Sequence record: SRR22947727_2090
Length of the DNA stretch: 40,207 nt
Strand: one strand, 5' to 3'
Shown here: in pieces, positions 8,448-18,490 of the stretch
Layout of the letters: each line of letters begins with the position of its first letter
Position numbering within the stretch: position 1 is the stretch's first letter
Program-made: the position numbers and the translations under genes
The notes under the pieces: model-generated
Told to the model about the DNA's origin: nothing
Databases searched by the model: none
What the model saw: only the letters and a program-made list of their open reading frames with translations

Positions 8448-9975
8448 CTTCTATTCTATTAAGGACATGACCCTAGACTTTGATCAGTTTAAGGGTCTTG
8501 TTCTGTTAGAGGGAAATAATGTTGACGTAGGTGGGTCCAACGGGTCCGGAAAAAGCTCCATCTTAGATGCTGTTGTTTGGGGTTTATTTGGTAGGACTGT
8601 ACGTAAGTCTACCGAAGAAGCTCTTGTAAACAACCAAACAAAGAAGAAGCTCTCGGTTACTGTCCACCTTGAGGGTGGGACGGTGATTACAAGGTCTAAA
8701 AGACCTACAAAATTGACCTTTATCTACCGTGGAGAGGACCGAACACAAGACAAAGCTCTAGAGACTCAAAGAGAGATCGAGAGGCTTTTAGATGTTAATT
8801 ATAAGGTCTTTTTAGCTTCAACGGTTTTCGGACAAGAGAACAACGTAGACTTCATTAGCTCTTCCGCTGATGACAAGAGAACTATTATTCGAAACTTTCT
8901 CGATCTTGAGAGTATTTTCGGTTTGCGAGAGACAGTGAAGTTCTTAAAGTCTCAATATTCACAGGAGAGGAAAGCAACCTCTGCGGTAATTGCATCTCTG
9001 ACAAAGCAGGTTAGCGGGTTAGATAAAAAGATTGAAGAGGCTACGACCCTCAAGGCCAGCGCGGAATCCGAGTACTCAGTAGAAGTATTAACCAAAGACT
9101 TTGAAGAGATCGCTAAGGTCCATGATGAGATTGATGATTTAAAGCAGACCATAAATAAATGGAGCAAGTCTTTGTCTCTTGCTAAAAAGAGAGTTAAAGA
9201 GTATAATGATTTTGAGGGATCTTGTTTTGAGTGCGGTCAACCCGTAGAGGATAAGAGATCACCTAAGGATTTAGCTAAGTTTACTAAAGAGGTTAAATCA
9301 TGGGACACTAAGATTAACAATGCTGTCGAAGCTCTTAGTAAAAAATCTAACTCAATTTTACCTCTTAAAGAGATTCACAAAATAACTAAGTACCAATCTA
9401 TCTGTGGAAAGATAGACTCTTATAAAGAGAACAAAGAGGAACTGCTTGTAGATTTAGATGGTCACTATAAACAGACTCATGGCGCAGAGAAAGACTATGA
9501 GATTATGCGATTCTGGGAGAAAGCTTTCTCTGAGGCTGGACTTGTTAAGTATGTGATACGAAATATCTTAGGATATTTCAATAATAAGGTTAACTATTAT
9601 CTAACCTATCTCGCTAACGGGAAATATAAAGTGGCTTTTGATGAGGAGCTTTCGGAGACTATCCTCTATGATAATAGAGAAGTTCACTTTATGTCTTTGT
9701 CAGGTGGAGAGAAGAAGAGAGTTAACCTAGCAGTTATGTTAGCACTTCAGGGATTACTCTCACTGTCGAACAAGGCTGAAGGTAACTTATTATTTTTTGA
9801 CGAGTTAGATACGAGCTTAGATTTTACAGGCATGGAAGGTCTAAGTGAGTTGTTAAAAGTTCTAAAGAAGGATAAAACTATTTTTGTGATTACTCACAAT
9901 CAACATCTAAAAGAGTTAGTGTCTCCTTGTTCTGAGCTTATTATAACGAAAGAAGATGGAGTATCCTTTATTTAA
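8419..9975 (+). CDS. Rad50/SbcC-like recombination ATPase (gp46-like)
   Basis: Walker A GSNGSGKSS, zinc hook CFEC, signature LSGGEKKR, Walker B FFDE, H-loop VITH. Confidence 0.95.
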   Translation: MKVNKIEINNFYSIKDMTLDFDQFKGLVLLEGNNVDVGGSNGSGKSSILDAVVWGLFGRTVRKSTEEALVNNQTKKKLSVTVHLEGGTVITRSKRPTKLTFIYRGEDRTQDKALETQREIERLLDVNYKVFLASTVFGQENNVDFISSSADDKRTIIRNFLDLESIFGLRETVKFLKSQYSQERKATSAVIASLTKQVSGLDKKIEEATTLKASAESEYSVEVLTKDFEEIAKVHDEIDDLKQTINKWSKSLSLAKKRVKEYNDFEGSCFECGQPVEDKRSPKDLAKFTKEVKSWDTKINNAVEALSKKSNSILPLKEIHKITKYQSICGKIDSYKENKEELLVDLDGHYKQTHGAEKDYEIMRFWEKAFSEAGLVKYVIRNILGYFNNKVNYYLTYLANGKYKVAFDEELSETILYDNREVHFMSLSGGEKKRVNLAVMLALQGLLSLSNKAEGNLLFFDELDTSLDFTGMEGLSELLKVLKKDKTIFVITHNQHLKELVSPCSELIITKEDGVSFI

Positions 9976-10032
9976 TAAAGAGCTTTGTAGTTTTTATATT
10001 TTTGTTTAGTATATTATCACTAACAACTACTA

Positions 10033-10040
10033 TATAAATA
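10033..10040 (+). promoter_or_regulatory. TATAAATA, T4-late-type promoter sequence upstream of the RNR gene
   Basis: Exact TATAAATA in the AT-rich intergenic region. Chance occurrence is possible. Confidence 0.35.
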
Positions 10041-10163
10041 CTGCAAGAATTGAATAGAAGTAGTACTTTATTCATAATTACACACAATTTACACCTAAAA
10101 CATACACTAGGTAATACACAGATCCTTACTGTACAAAAATAAGGACGGAGTTATAGAGATACT

Positions 10164-12068
10164 ATGAGCGCATTTGAAGTTAACGGTTACGGTTTAGAAG
10201 TTTACAATTTGAAGTACCCTTATCCGGGAGAGAAAAGCTGGTCTGACAGAGCTAAAGTTGTTGGTAAGTTTGTAGCTTCTGCTGAGTCTGATGAAGACAT
10301 GACTAAGTATGAGAAAAAATTTAACTCTTCTCTTTTAGCCGCTGATTTCATTCCCGGAGGAAGAATTATTTTCGGTGCTGGTAGGAATATGGGAAACCAA
10401 AACATGCTTAATTGCTTTGCTTTGGCCCCAGAAGACACGGTTGAGTCAATTGGTAAGACTGTCCAAGACATGTACCGCATTTCTTGTGCAGGTGGAGGTG
10501 TTGGTCTTAGTTTCGGAAAGATTCGACCAAGAGGTGATGATATTCAAAACATCCCCAACAGTGCTCCCGGATCCATTTCTGTTATGAAAATGGTAAATGA
10601 GGTTGGAAACCATGTTAAGGCAGGTAAGAACCGCAGAACTGCACTTCTAGGATCCCTCCCTGTTACACACCCAGATGTTCTAGAATTTCTAAGCATTAAG
10701 CTTGACCAACAACAGCTTACTAATTTTAATATTTCTGTAGGTATCACTCAAAGGTTCATCGAAGCTTGTCAGAATGATGAAGACTGGTATTTCTTCTTCA
10801 ACAATAAGCAATACTACACCTTCGAAGTCTCTACAACCGATGGTCGTAAAGTAAAGACTGTAGCACTAAACGAAGAAGACGCTATCGCAAGAGCATCTGG
10901 TTTCCAAAAAATTGATTGGAACGATGAGTTTGTCTCTGCTGTACAAGTACCTTACAAAGCCAAAGATCTTTGGAACTATATTTGGAAACACGCAATTAAA
11001 AGCGGAGATCCGGGTATCTTAAACATTGATTACATGAAGTCTCACACTAACGTTAATTACTTTGAGGAGATCGAAGTGACTAACCCATGTGGCGAGATCC
11101 CTCTCCCTGCCTACGGTAACTGTTGCCTTGGACATGTTAACTTAAACCACATGGTTTTAGAAGACGGATCCGATGTAGATTGGAAGAAGCTAGCAAGAAC
11201 GGTTCGTTCTGGTGTTAGGTTTCTAGACAATGTACTTACTATCAACGGTTTTCCTTTGGAGGAGTGCAAGAGTGCTGGACACAGATCGAGACGTATCGGA
11301 CTCGGTGTGACAGGACTGCATTACATGCTTATTAAGCTTGGACTACGTTATGGAAGTCCAAAGTCTCTTGAGTTTGTTGAGAGGTTATTCACTACCATCC
11401 GCAACGAAGCCTACATCTCAAGTGCTTACTTAGCCAGAGATAAGGGATCCTTCGCAGCGTTTGATAGAGACAAGTACTTAGCACAACCTTTTGCTAAAGA
11501 ACTACCTGCAAGAATTCGTATGCTTATCAGACAGCACGGAATTCGTAATGCTGTAAGTCTAACTCTAGCTCCTGTAGGAACTACGTCTATTGTTTTCAGA
11601 ACTTCTACTGGTGTTGAGCCTATTTTCTCGCCTATGTATTTCCGAAACCATATTGTAGACGGTCTAGTTAAGGAGACAGTTGTTATGGACCCTCTATTTA
11701 AGGAATACCTTGAAGCAGGTAAAGACGTATCACACTTTGTCGGAGCTTATGATGTAAATCCTGAAGAACATATTGCTATGCAGGTAGCTATTCAAAAGTA
11801 CATCGACAACAGTATCTCTAAGACTATTAATCTACCTGAGAACTATAACGAACTATCGGATGAAGACTTCGCTGAGTTTTCAGACTTTGCTCTAGAGGCT
11901 AGTAAAGAACTTAAAGGTTTGACGATTTACCGAGCCGGAAGTAAGGGAAATGAGCCATTGCGAGCCATTCCTACTACTTCAGAGAATATTGAAAAGCACT
12001 TAGGACTTGCAGTATCTGAAAACGCTACTGCTGACTCTTGTTCTCTAGATGGTGGAGACTGCGGATAA
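10164..12068 (+). CDS. nrdJ: Class II (B12-dependent) ribonucleotide reductase
   Basis: FIPGGRI, NCF, TNPCGEIPL, RRIGLGVTG, APVGTTS, SISKTINLP and C-terminal Cys pair (CSLDGGDCG); no beta subunit gene follows. Confidence 0.88.
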   Translation: MSAFEVNGYGLEVYNLKYPYPGEKSWSDRAKVVGKFVASAESDEDMTKYEKKFNSSLLAADFIPGGRIIFGAGRNMGNQNMLNCFALAPEDTVESIGKTVQDMYRISCAGGGVGLSFGKIRPRGDDIQNIPNSAPGSISVMKMVNEVGNHVKAGKNRRTALLGSLPVTHPDVLEFLSIKLDQQQLTNFNISVGITQRFIEACQNDEDWYFFFNNKQYYTFEVSTTDGRKVKTVALNEEDAIARASGFQKIDWNDEFVSAVQVPYKAKDLWNYIWKHAIKSGDPGILNIDYMKSHTNVNYFEEIEVTNPCGEIPLPAYGNCCLGHVNLNHMVLEDGSDVDWKKLARTVRSGVRFLDNVLTINGFPLEECKSAGHRSRRIGLGVTGLHYMLIKLGLRYGSPKSLEFVERLFTTIRNEAYISSAYLARDKGSFAAFDRDKYLAQPFAKELPARIRMLIRQHGIRNAVSLTLAPVGTTSIVFRTSTGVEPIFSPMYFRNHIVDGLVKETVVMDPLFKEYLEAGKDVSHFVGAYDVNPEEHIAMQVAIQKYIDNSISKTINLPENYNELSDEDFAEFSDFALEASKELKGLTIYRAGSKGNEPLRAIPTTSENIEKHLGLAVSENATADSCSLDGGDCG

Positions 12069-12071
12069 AAA

Positions 12072-12350
12072 ATGAACAAGTCTTTTGATTATTGGGGTAA
12101 TCCTTTTCATTGGGAAGATATGGATTATGTTAACGAACTCTTAAGTCTTTACGAGCAACGTAGGTTCTTATATCAGGATATTTATATTGAACACAGGATT
12201 AAAGAGCTTCTTGCAGAAGGTTATACAAAGTCAGAAATTTGTATTGAGGCTTGCAATAAGCCTGAAGGAGAAGGTTATAGTTGGAGTGTTACTACAAATG
12301 CTCCTATACGGGAAAAACTACCAAAAGAAGGAGATGACTGGGAAGAATAA
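12072..12350 (+). CDS. Hypothetical protein
   Basis: 92-aa ORF, TAATG-coupled to the next gene. Confidence 0.65.
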   Translation: MNKSFDYWGNPFHWEDMDYVNELLSLYEQRRFLYQDIYIEHRIKELLAEGYTKSEICIEACNKPEGEGYSWSVTTNAPIREKLPKEGDDWEE

Positions 12351-12805
12351 TGGAGTATAAATGGAAATGTTGGGATTGTGATATCACCGTAACAAAAGAC
12401 TATGCTATGGGAAAGTCTCCTATAAGAACTAGATGTACTGAATGTAATAAACTTATTGAGAAAGACCTTAGTACTGTAACTTTTCATATGAAAGGTGATT
12501 GTCATACTAATGTTGCAAGAGGTAAGAAATTCATTAAGGAAGGTCTGAATAAACAAGAAGGAGATGCACTGCTAAACAGAGCTATTGCTTCCACAAAAGA
12601 GGCTCTAGCGGATGACGGTCAGAAATACAAGTCTTACAATATCGATTACGAAAAACTAGCAAAGCACGGCAAAGCTACTAAGCTTACCCCAGAGCAGACA
12701 AATAAAAAGCGAGAGCTTACCAAGAAACGGACCCAAGAGGTCTATGATAATGCTGAGAAACAAGGCGAACAACTTAACGTAAACAGAAAAAAAGATCAAC
12801 ACTAA
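12350..12805 (+). CDS. Zinc-ribbon protein (FmdB-like N-terminus) with basic tail
   Basis: YKWKCWDC...CTECNK...VTFHMKG. Confidence 0.65.
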   Translation: MEYKWKCWDCDITVTKDYAMGKSPIRTRCTECNKLIEKDLSTVTFHMKGDCHTNVARGKKFIKEGLNKQEGDALLNRAIASTKEALADDGQKYKSYNIDYEKLAKHGKATKLTPEQTNKKRELTKKRTQEVYDNAEKQGEQLNVNRKKDQH

Positions 12806-14094
12806 TGGCATACGATTTCAGCGATAACATCCAACGAGGAATTATCAACCTATTTAAATCCAATCAGGATTTTTACCTACAGATTGTAAACTTAGTTAAG
12901 CCTGAGTACTTCGAATACCCTTCACATATGAAGATGTTCGAAGTAGTTGACGCTCATTACAAGAAGTACCACAAGCTACCTACGGATGATTTTGTCATCC
13001 AAGATATTAAGAAAAAGCTTGGGGCCAAAGAAGACCTTAGTGATTACACGGATGAGCTTGCCTACATCAACAACCTAGACTCTGCTGCAACAGAAAACCC
13101 AAGCTATCTTCTGGATATCATCGAAGGGTTTGCTAAGAAAGAAGAGATGAAGTCTGCTATCGCACAAAGCATTGAGCTTATTCGAGATGACAGGACCGAA
13201 GAGGTTGAAGCTTTAGTACGTAAGGCTCTACTAGTTTCTAGAGATATTGATACTGGTCAAGACTACTTCAAAGACTTTGGAGAAAGGTTTAACCGAGTAT
13301 TTAACGAAGAGAAAACTAAAAAACATAAAACTGTACTTCCTTCGTTGGATAAATCTCTAGAAGGTGGGCTAGGCGATAAAGAGCTTGCCATGGTCGTAGC
13401 TCCTCCCGGAGTTGGCAAGTCTCTTTACCTAGTTAACCAAGGCGTAACTGCCATGACTGAGGGTAAGAAAGTTCTTTACATTTCTTTGGAGATGAGTGAA
13501 GATAAGATCGCACAACGATTCGACTCAATCATGACTCTTATCCCACAGAAGAGACTAAAAGATCCTTCTTCCCAGCTAGATCTTAAGTCTAGGTTCAAGG
13601 CTTTTAAAGAAGCATATCCCGGATCTGATCTTGTGATTAAAGAGTTTCCTACCTCACAAGGAACGGTTAATACTATTCGAAACCTTCTAGTTCAACTAAA
13701 AAACTACGATGATTTTGAGCCTGACCTTCTTATCGTGGATTACCTAGAACTTCTTCGTCCTACGAGAGAACTCCAAGCGGAACACTTAGCTCAACAACGA
13801 ATTGCTGAAGAGCTACGAGGCGTTGCAATGGAGAATAACTTACTATGCTGGACCGCTACTCAGACCAACAGAATGGGTCGAAAAGTAAAGGTTATCACAG
13901 ATGCCGAGCTTGGTGATTCTTACGGTAAAATCCGAACTTGCGACTTTGCGGTATCTCTAAATCAAACAGAAGAGGAGTATGATGCTGGTACTATGCGTTG
14001 TTATGTTATGAAATCACGTAACGGAACTCCTAGGTTTATTGTCCCTATGCAGCTAAACTACACAAACCTCATTATGGGTGAATTAAGTGAATAA
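12805..14094 (+). CDS. Replicative DNA helicase, DnaB/gp41-like
   Basis: Walker A APPGVGKS, YISLEMS, LIVDYLEL, TATQTNR, KSRNG. Confidence 0.95.
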   Translation: MAYDFSDNIQRGIINLFKSNQDFYLQIVNLVKPEYFEYPSHMKMFEVVDAHYKKYHKLPTDDFVIQDIKKKLGAKEDLSDYTDELAYINNLDSAATENPSYLLDIIEGFAKKEEMKSAIAQSIELIRDDRTEEVEALVRKALLVSRDIDTGQDYFKDFGERFNRVFNEEKTKKHKTVLPSLDKSLEGGLGDKELAMVVAPPGVGKSLYLVNQGVTAMTEGKKVLYISLEMSEDKIAQRFDSIMTLIPQKRLKDPSSQLDLKSRFKAFKEAYPGSDLVIKEFPTSQGTVNTIRNLLVQLKNYDDFEPDLLIVDYLELLRPTRELQAEHLAQQRIAEELRGVAMENNLLCWTATQTNRMGRKVKVITDAELGDSYGKIRTCDFAVSLNQTEEEYDAGTMRCYVMKSRNGTPRFIVPMQLNYTNLIMGELSE

Positions 14095-14452
14095 CTTACC
14101 TACCGAGATTAACTTTGGTTGGGCCAAATTCGAGGTACAGTACCTTAAAGGGCCAATCTACACTAAAAATGACGAGACTGAACAAGTTTTCGGTGATGTA
14201 TGTTTTGATGAGTATATAGTAAGAGTAGACATTAGCCAATCTGAAGCTTGTATTCAGGAGACATTAATACATGAACTTGTACATATTATCCTAGAGATGA
14301 GTTGCTTAGGAGCAGAGACATATGGTGAGATGGATAATGAGTCTAAGACTACTTTAATCTCACGAAATATAATGCTTCTTTTAAGGCTGAACTCAACACC
14401 CTTACTGGAGTTGTTTGATGGAAATAAACTTAAAAAACATAAAGAAGAATAA
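14087..14452 (+). CDS. Small HExxH metallopeptidase-like protein
   Basis: ETLIHELVHII motif preceded by beta-strand segments. Confidence 0.65.
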   Translation: MNNLPTEINFGWAKFEVQYLKGPIYTKNDETEQVFGDVCFDEYIVRVDISQSEACIQETLIHELVHIILEMSCLGAETYGEMDNESKTTLISRNIMLLLRLNSTPLLELFDGNKLKKHKEE

Positions 14453-14804
14453 AAAGGATCCTAAGTACACTGTACTTTGTAGAAGGTTAGCTGGTTATTG
14501 GATTGCTGTTGGTTTGCCAAAAGACTATGACATTGTTCAAGTAATAGGCGGCTCAAGAATTTACAAGATGAATTCAGAGTTCGGTGTAACTACTCCAAGT
14601 GTTTCTAATAAATCTAATTGTTCAGAAAAAAGTCTAGTTGGAGACTTTCTTATAGTACATCCTGATTCATCCCTAACCACATTAAAGAAGAGCCAATATC
14701 TTGCGTACTTCCCCAAACAACCCGTGGTAGAAAAAGAAGGAACCGTAAACAGTAACGTTCTAAAAGATAAAGAATATCTAACTAATCTCAAGAAGAACTC
14801 CTGA
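14418..14804 (+). CDS. Hypothetical protein
   Basis: ORF fills the gap between neighbours; first ATG at 14418. Confidence 0.65.
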   Translation: MEINLKNIKKNKKDPKYTVLCRRLAGYWIAVGLPKDYDIVQVIGGSRIYKMNSEFGVTTPSVSNKSNCSEKSLVGDFLIVHPDSSLTTLKKSQYLAYFPKQPVVEKEGTVNSNVLKDKEYLTNLKKNS

Positions 14805-14822
14805 CTCAGCCTATAATAAGGC

Positions 14823-15257
14823 ATGAACGAGTTAGACAGACTACTAGAGGATTTTGGGTGGGATAGTTATCTTGAGGTCAGCAATGACCTTACTGAGTTT
14901 AACGAAGATACTATCGATGACGATATTATTAAATTCTCTGCCATTTATTCATCATACTACGCTATGATGGTTACGGCTAAGATGATTAATGATGGGGACT
15001 GCACAAACCTTTCTGAGCATATGGCTCAAGTTCGATCTGACTCGAAACAGAACTCAACTAAAAAACTCACTGCGAGGGATTTAGATGACCTTGTTGAAAT
15101 AGACGAGGAAACCAAACGCCTGACATCTGTTTGTCGGGAATCATCCTATAAGTATAACCTACTTAAAGGTCTAATAAAATCTATGGAGGCTAAGAAGGAT
15201 ATGCTCATCCAGTCTTCCAGTAATAGAAGAGCAGAAACTAAACTTTACAGTAACTAA
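14823..15257 (+). CDS. UvsY-like recombination mediator
   Basis: Helical 144-aa protein ending LKGLIKSMEAKKDMLIQSSSNRRAE, directly upstream of the SSB; CTATAATA 5 nt before the ATG. Confidence 0.65.
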   Translation: MNELDRLLEDFGWDSYLEVSNDLTEFNEDTIDDDIIKFSAIYSSYYAMMVTAKMINDGDCTNLSEHMAQVRSDSKQNSTKKLTARDLDDLVEIDEETKRLTSVCRESSYKYNLLKGLIKSMEAKKDMLIQSSSNRRAETKLYSN

Positions 15258-15262
15258 AAAAA

Positions 15263-16084
15263 ATGACTATTGATCTCAAAGCACTACGCGCACAGTACGA
15301 AACCCTTGTCTCCAAAGACGGAGACTCAGACTCTAGTACTACCAAAATCCCTTACATCACACTAAAAGAAGGAAACAACATTGTTCGAATCCTTCCCGGA
15401 AAAGATGATGATGACTTTGTAGCAGAAACTGCTATCCACCGTGTCCCTCAGGATGGTCAGACTTATGACCGTTCTGTTCATTGCCTAAAGACTCACGGAG
15501 AGGATTGTCCTCTTTGTAATCTCTACTACGCTCTTTGGGATGGTGTAAATAATGGCACTACCCAAGACGAAGCTGGAGATAAGAAGCTTGCTAATAAGAT
15601 TCGTGCTCGTAGTCGTTTCTACTTCAACGCTCTTGATCGTGGAGATGAGAACAAGATTAAAGTTTTCTCTGTTGGTGTTAAAATGTACCGTACCATCGTT
15701 GGGTCTATTCTTGACGAAGATTACATCACTGAGGATGACGAAACTCTAATCGATCTAAACAACGGTCACGATTACAAAATCCAGAAAGTAATGGAAGATG
15801 GTTGGCCTAAGTATGAAGGTTCTATGCCTCGTCCTAAGATTACTCCCGCAGCAGAGAGTAAGAAAGAGATTGCAGAAATCATGGATAGTCTCCACGATAT
15901 TCAAGCACTTGTAAAGCATGAAGATTACGCTGAGGTTAAGCTTATGGCTGAATCAATCGCTGTTACTGGACGAGTCGCTGCCATGAGTAAGTCTACGACT
16001 ACGGAAGGTAAGCCTTCTAAAAAAGTTGAGGAAGAGGAAGTTTCTAACGAAGATTACCTAGCTAAGATGAAAGGTAACCAGTAA
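15263..16084 (+). CDS. Single-stranded DNA-binding protein, gp32-like
   Basis: NIVRILPG, zinc ligands H...CLKTHGEDCPLC, GHDYKI, acidic C-terminal tail. Confidence 0.88.
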   Translation: MTIDLKALRAQYETLVSKDGDSDSSTTKIPYITLKEGNNIVRILPGKDDDDFVAETAIHRVPQDGQTYDRSVHCLKTHGEDCPLCNLYYALWDGVNNGTTQDEAGDKKLANKIRARSRFYFNALDRGDENKIKVFSVGVKMYRTIVGSILDEDYITEDDETLIDLNNGHDYKIQKVMEDGWPKYEGSMPRPKITPAAESKKEIAEIMDSLHDIQALVKHEDYAEVKLMAESIAVTGRVAAMSKSTTTEGKPSKKVEEEEVSNEDYLAKMKGNQ

Positions 16085-16339
16085 ATGGGTATTACTACCG
16101 AAACGTTCGGAGAAGATTCTTCTTTTATGAATATCTTAGAAAACCTAGGATGGGATATGACGTTCTTCTTTTATAAGAAAGATCCTTTCGATGTATTTAT
16201 GTCAGAGGGTAAGGCTCTAGTAGGAAAGAGTGAAGAAGGTCTTATGGGGTTGGACTCCAAGTATGGGGCCACTTCAAAAGGGTATACTGTGGCTGTGTAT
16301 GATCGTAAGCAAGACGATTTCTTCTTCAAACCTGCCTAG
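16085..16339 (+). CDS. Hypothetical protein
   Basis: 84-aa ORF abutting the SSB stop. Confidence 0.65.
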   Translation: MGITTETFGEDSSFMNILENLGWDMTFFFYKKDPFDVFMSEGKALVGKSEEGLMGLDSKYGATSKGYTVAVYDRKQDDFFFKPA

Positions 16340-16385
16340 AAATAGAATCTAAAACCGCGCTGCTATCTAAGCGCAAACCCCCCTT

Positions 16386-16428
16386 GAACCCGATACTTTT
16401 TCTCACGAAAGTATCGGGTTCTTTACTT
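16386..16428 (+). terminator. Rho-independent terminator
   Basis: Perfect 14-bp stem GAACCCGATACTTT/AAAGTATCGGGTTC followed by TTTACTT. Confidence 0.8.
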
Positions 16429-16447
16429 CTAGGACCTATAATATTTT

Positions 16448-17692
16448 ATGGAAAACAAAATAAATAAGGAGGATCCCGCCGTAGTGCCTAAAGAGAAATT
16501 AAAAATTCTCGTCAGTGCATCTAATGGCGGGGGATAATTATGCTCATATTACCGACTTTTAATGCCTTTTGAAAAAATAGCACAACTGTACCCTGACGAA
16601 GTAGAAATTAGATTCGATTTGAATCCTCTTGGTTTTGATACTAAGTATGGAGCTATGAGTCCCGGATTAGAAAATGGGGGATGGTTACCTGATTGGGAGT
16701 TTACTGATATGAAATGGGCAGACGTTGTAGTCACAAACAACCTGTCTAACTTTGGTCCTCAGTACAGTGCTAGGATAGTAGGAAAAGCTAAAGAGTTTGG
16801 GAAGTTTGTAATTTATGATACAGATGATTTACTTACAAATCTATACGAAGGTCACAGACTTTACGAAGTATATAAAAATAGGGAACTCGACAAGGTGGCA
16901 GCATTTCTTTATAACCATGCAGACTTGGTTACAGTAACACAAAGAAAGTTTGCTGAAAGAATATCTGAGCACTGCAACAGTACATTAGCTGTAGTAAAAA
17001 ACTCAATCGACTACCAGCTTCCTTGTTGGAATATGCCTAAAGTTACTCCTCACAAAAAGAAGTTGTGTAGGTTTGGTTGGGCTGGAGGAATTCACCACGA
17101 ACAAGACGTAAAGTATTTCTCAGGAGTACCTCATTTAGTAAACCAAAGAGTTGGAAGGGAGAATTGTAGGTGGGACTTTTACGGACACCCACAACCTCAA
17201 CAACAAGACTACGAGTGGCAAGCTGACGTATGGAAGAACTACCAGCGTATCATTATGGCAGGATTCAAAGGAAACAAGAACTTCGGAATCCATTACGCAG
17301 AACATCCTAACATGTATGGAAAGTTCTTCACTAATATGGATGTAGCTCTAGCACCTCTTGAGCCTAATGAGTTCAATGATTCTAAGTCGGAAATTAAGTT
17401 AGCAGAGTGTGGTCGCTATGGAGTACCTCTGGTAGCCTCAAATGTTGGGTGTTACGACGAGTGGATCAAAGACGGTGAAACAGGCTTCTTAATCGACCCT
17501 TCTGAGGGACGTAGTGCGTGGGTGAAGGCTCTTTCGAGGATTGCTAAGGACAAGAGCTTACGCGAGCGTATGGGAGAGAATCTGCGTAAAATCGTCAATG
17601 AGCACTTTGACGCTAACAAAACAGCTAGAGGACGTTTGGACCTCATTAAGGACCAATACAAGCAGTGGAAACTGAACATAACAAAGAGTTAG
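16448..17692 (+). CDS. GT4-like (GT-B) glycosyltransferase interrupted by an in-frame TAA at 16535-16537
   Basis: The ATG at 16448 is in frame with the 16562 ORF: ...KLKILVSASNGGG*LCSYYRLLMPF. Motifs YDTDDLL, FGWAGGIHH, FNDSKSEIKLAE, PLVASNVG. Confidence 0.8.
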
Positions 17693-17693
17693 T

Positions 17694-18488
17694 GTGAAAA
17701 AAGTAAACATCATCAGTGGTTGGTCAAATCCCGGTGGAAGTACTATTCACCATATCAACCTAACGAACATGCTAAATGAAGGGAAGTACGATTGTACTTT
17801 CTATGGTCCCCACGAATGGCACCTCTCTCAGTGTAAATCGGATAATATTAATGAGCTACTAGGACAAGATCCCGCACTTGCAGCAGATGTTACAATCTCA
17901 CACTTCTGCCAGCTTAGGGAGAAGCCTAAAGGTAAACACATTCTCAGTCTTCATGAGACTAACCTATTTCCACTAAAACAATTAGATCTAAGTCAGTGGG
18001 ACCTAGTTCATTATGTTAGTAACAGACAAAGAGCTTGGCATAACGTAAATCATCCTTATGTTGTTATTCCGGGAAGGACTAATAAGTTTAAGTGGGAAGA
18101 TCCTCAGAATAAAGTAGCTGGTGTTGTTGGAAGTATAGACTCCCACAAACAAACCCACATCTCTATTAAACGAGCTTTTGATGCTGGTTATAAAAAAGTA
18201 AAACTATTTGGTGAGATTACTGAGTTGGAGTACTTTAATAGAGAGATTCAAGGTCAACTACACACAGGCAAAGTGGAGGTGATGAATCATGTTGATGATA
18301 GGGAAGTTATGTACGGACAAATAAGCGCAGTGTTTTCTTCTTCTAAGAGAGAGTGTCTACCTACAATCCAAGGAGAGTGCCTGTACGCAGGTATCCCTTT
18401 CTTTGGGTTAGAGAGTAACTTAGCAAAAGAATCAGACTACGAGTTTGATGATAGTGTAATTTTAAAGAAATGGGAAAGTGTTTTATAG
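17694..18488 (+). CDS. GT-B fold glycosyltransferase
   Basis: SNPGGS N-terminal motif, GSIDSHKQTH, SSKRECLPTIQGEC...GIP (E-x7-E-like). Confidence 0.7.
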   Translation: MKKVNIISGWSNPGGSTIHHINLTNMLNEGKYDCTFYGPHEWHLSQCKSDNINELLGQDPALAADVTISHFCQLREKPKGKHILSLHETNLFPLKQLDLSQWDLVHYVSNRQRAWHNVNHPYVVIPGRTNKFKWEDPQNKVAGVVGSIDSHKQTHISIKRAFDAGYKKVKLFGEITELEYFNREIQGQLHTGKVEVMNHVDDREVMYGQISAVFSSSKRECLPTIQGECLYAGIPFFGLESNLAKESDYEFDDSVILKKWESVL

Positions 18489-18490
18489 GT

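Noticed and set aside
10164-14094. Inteins or introns in RNR or helicase (also checked in polymerase and RecA)
   Set aside because: Protein lengths are compact, with no intein termini (C...HN) or LAGLIDADG blocks. The ~50-aa RNR insertion has no splicing motifs.
16535-16542. Remnant group I intron (TAA...ATG ends) or TA-target transposon footprint in the GT4 gene
   Set aside because: Removal using U|...G| intron boundaries (7 nt), the TAA...ATG span (8 nt) or a TA duplication (4 nt) shifts the frame. Only a 6-nt removal restores the motif.
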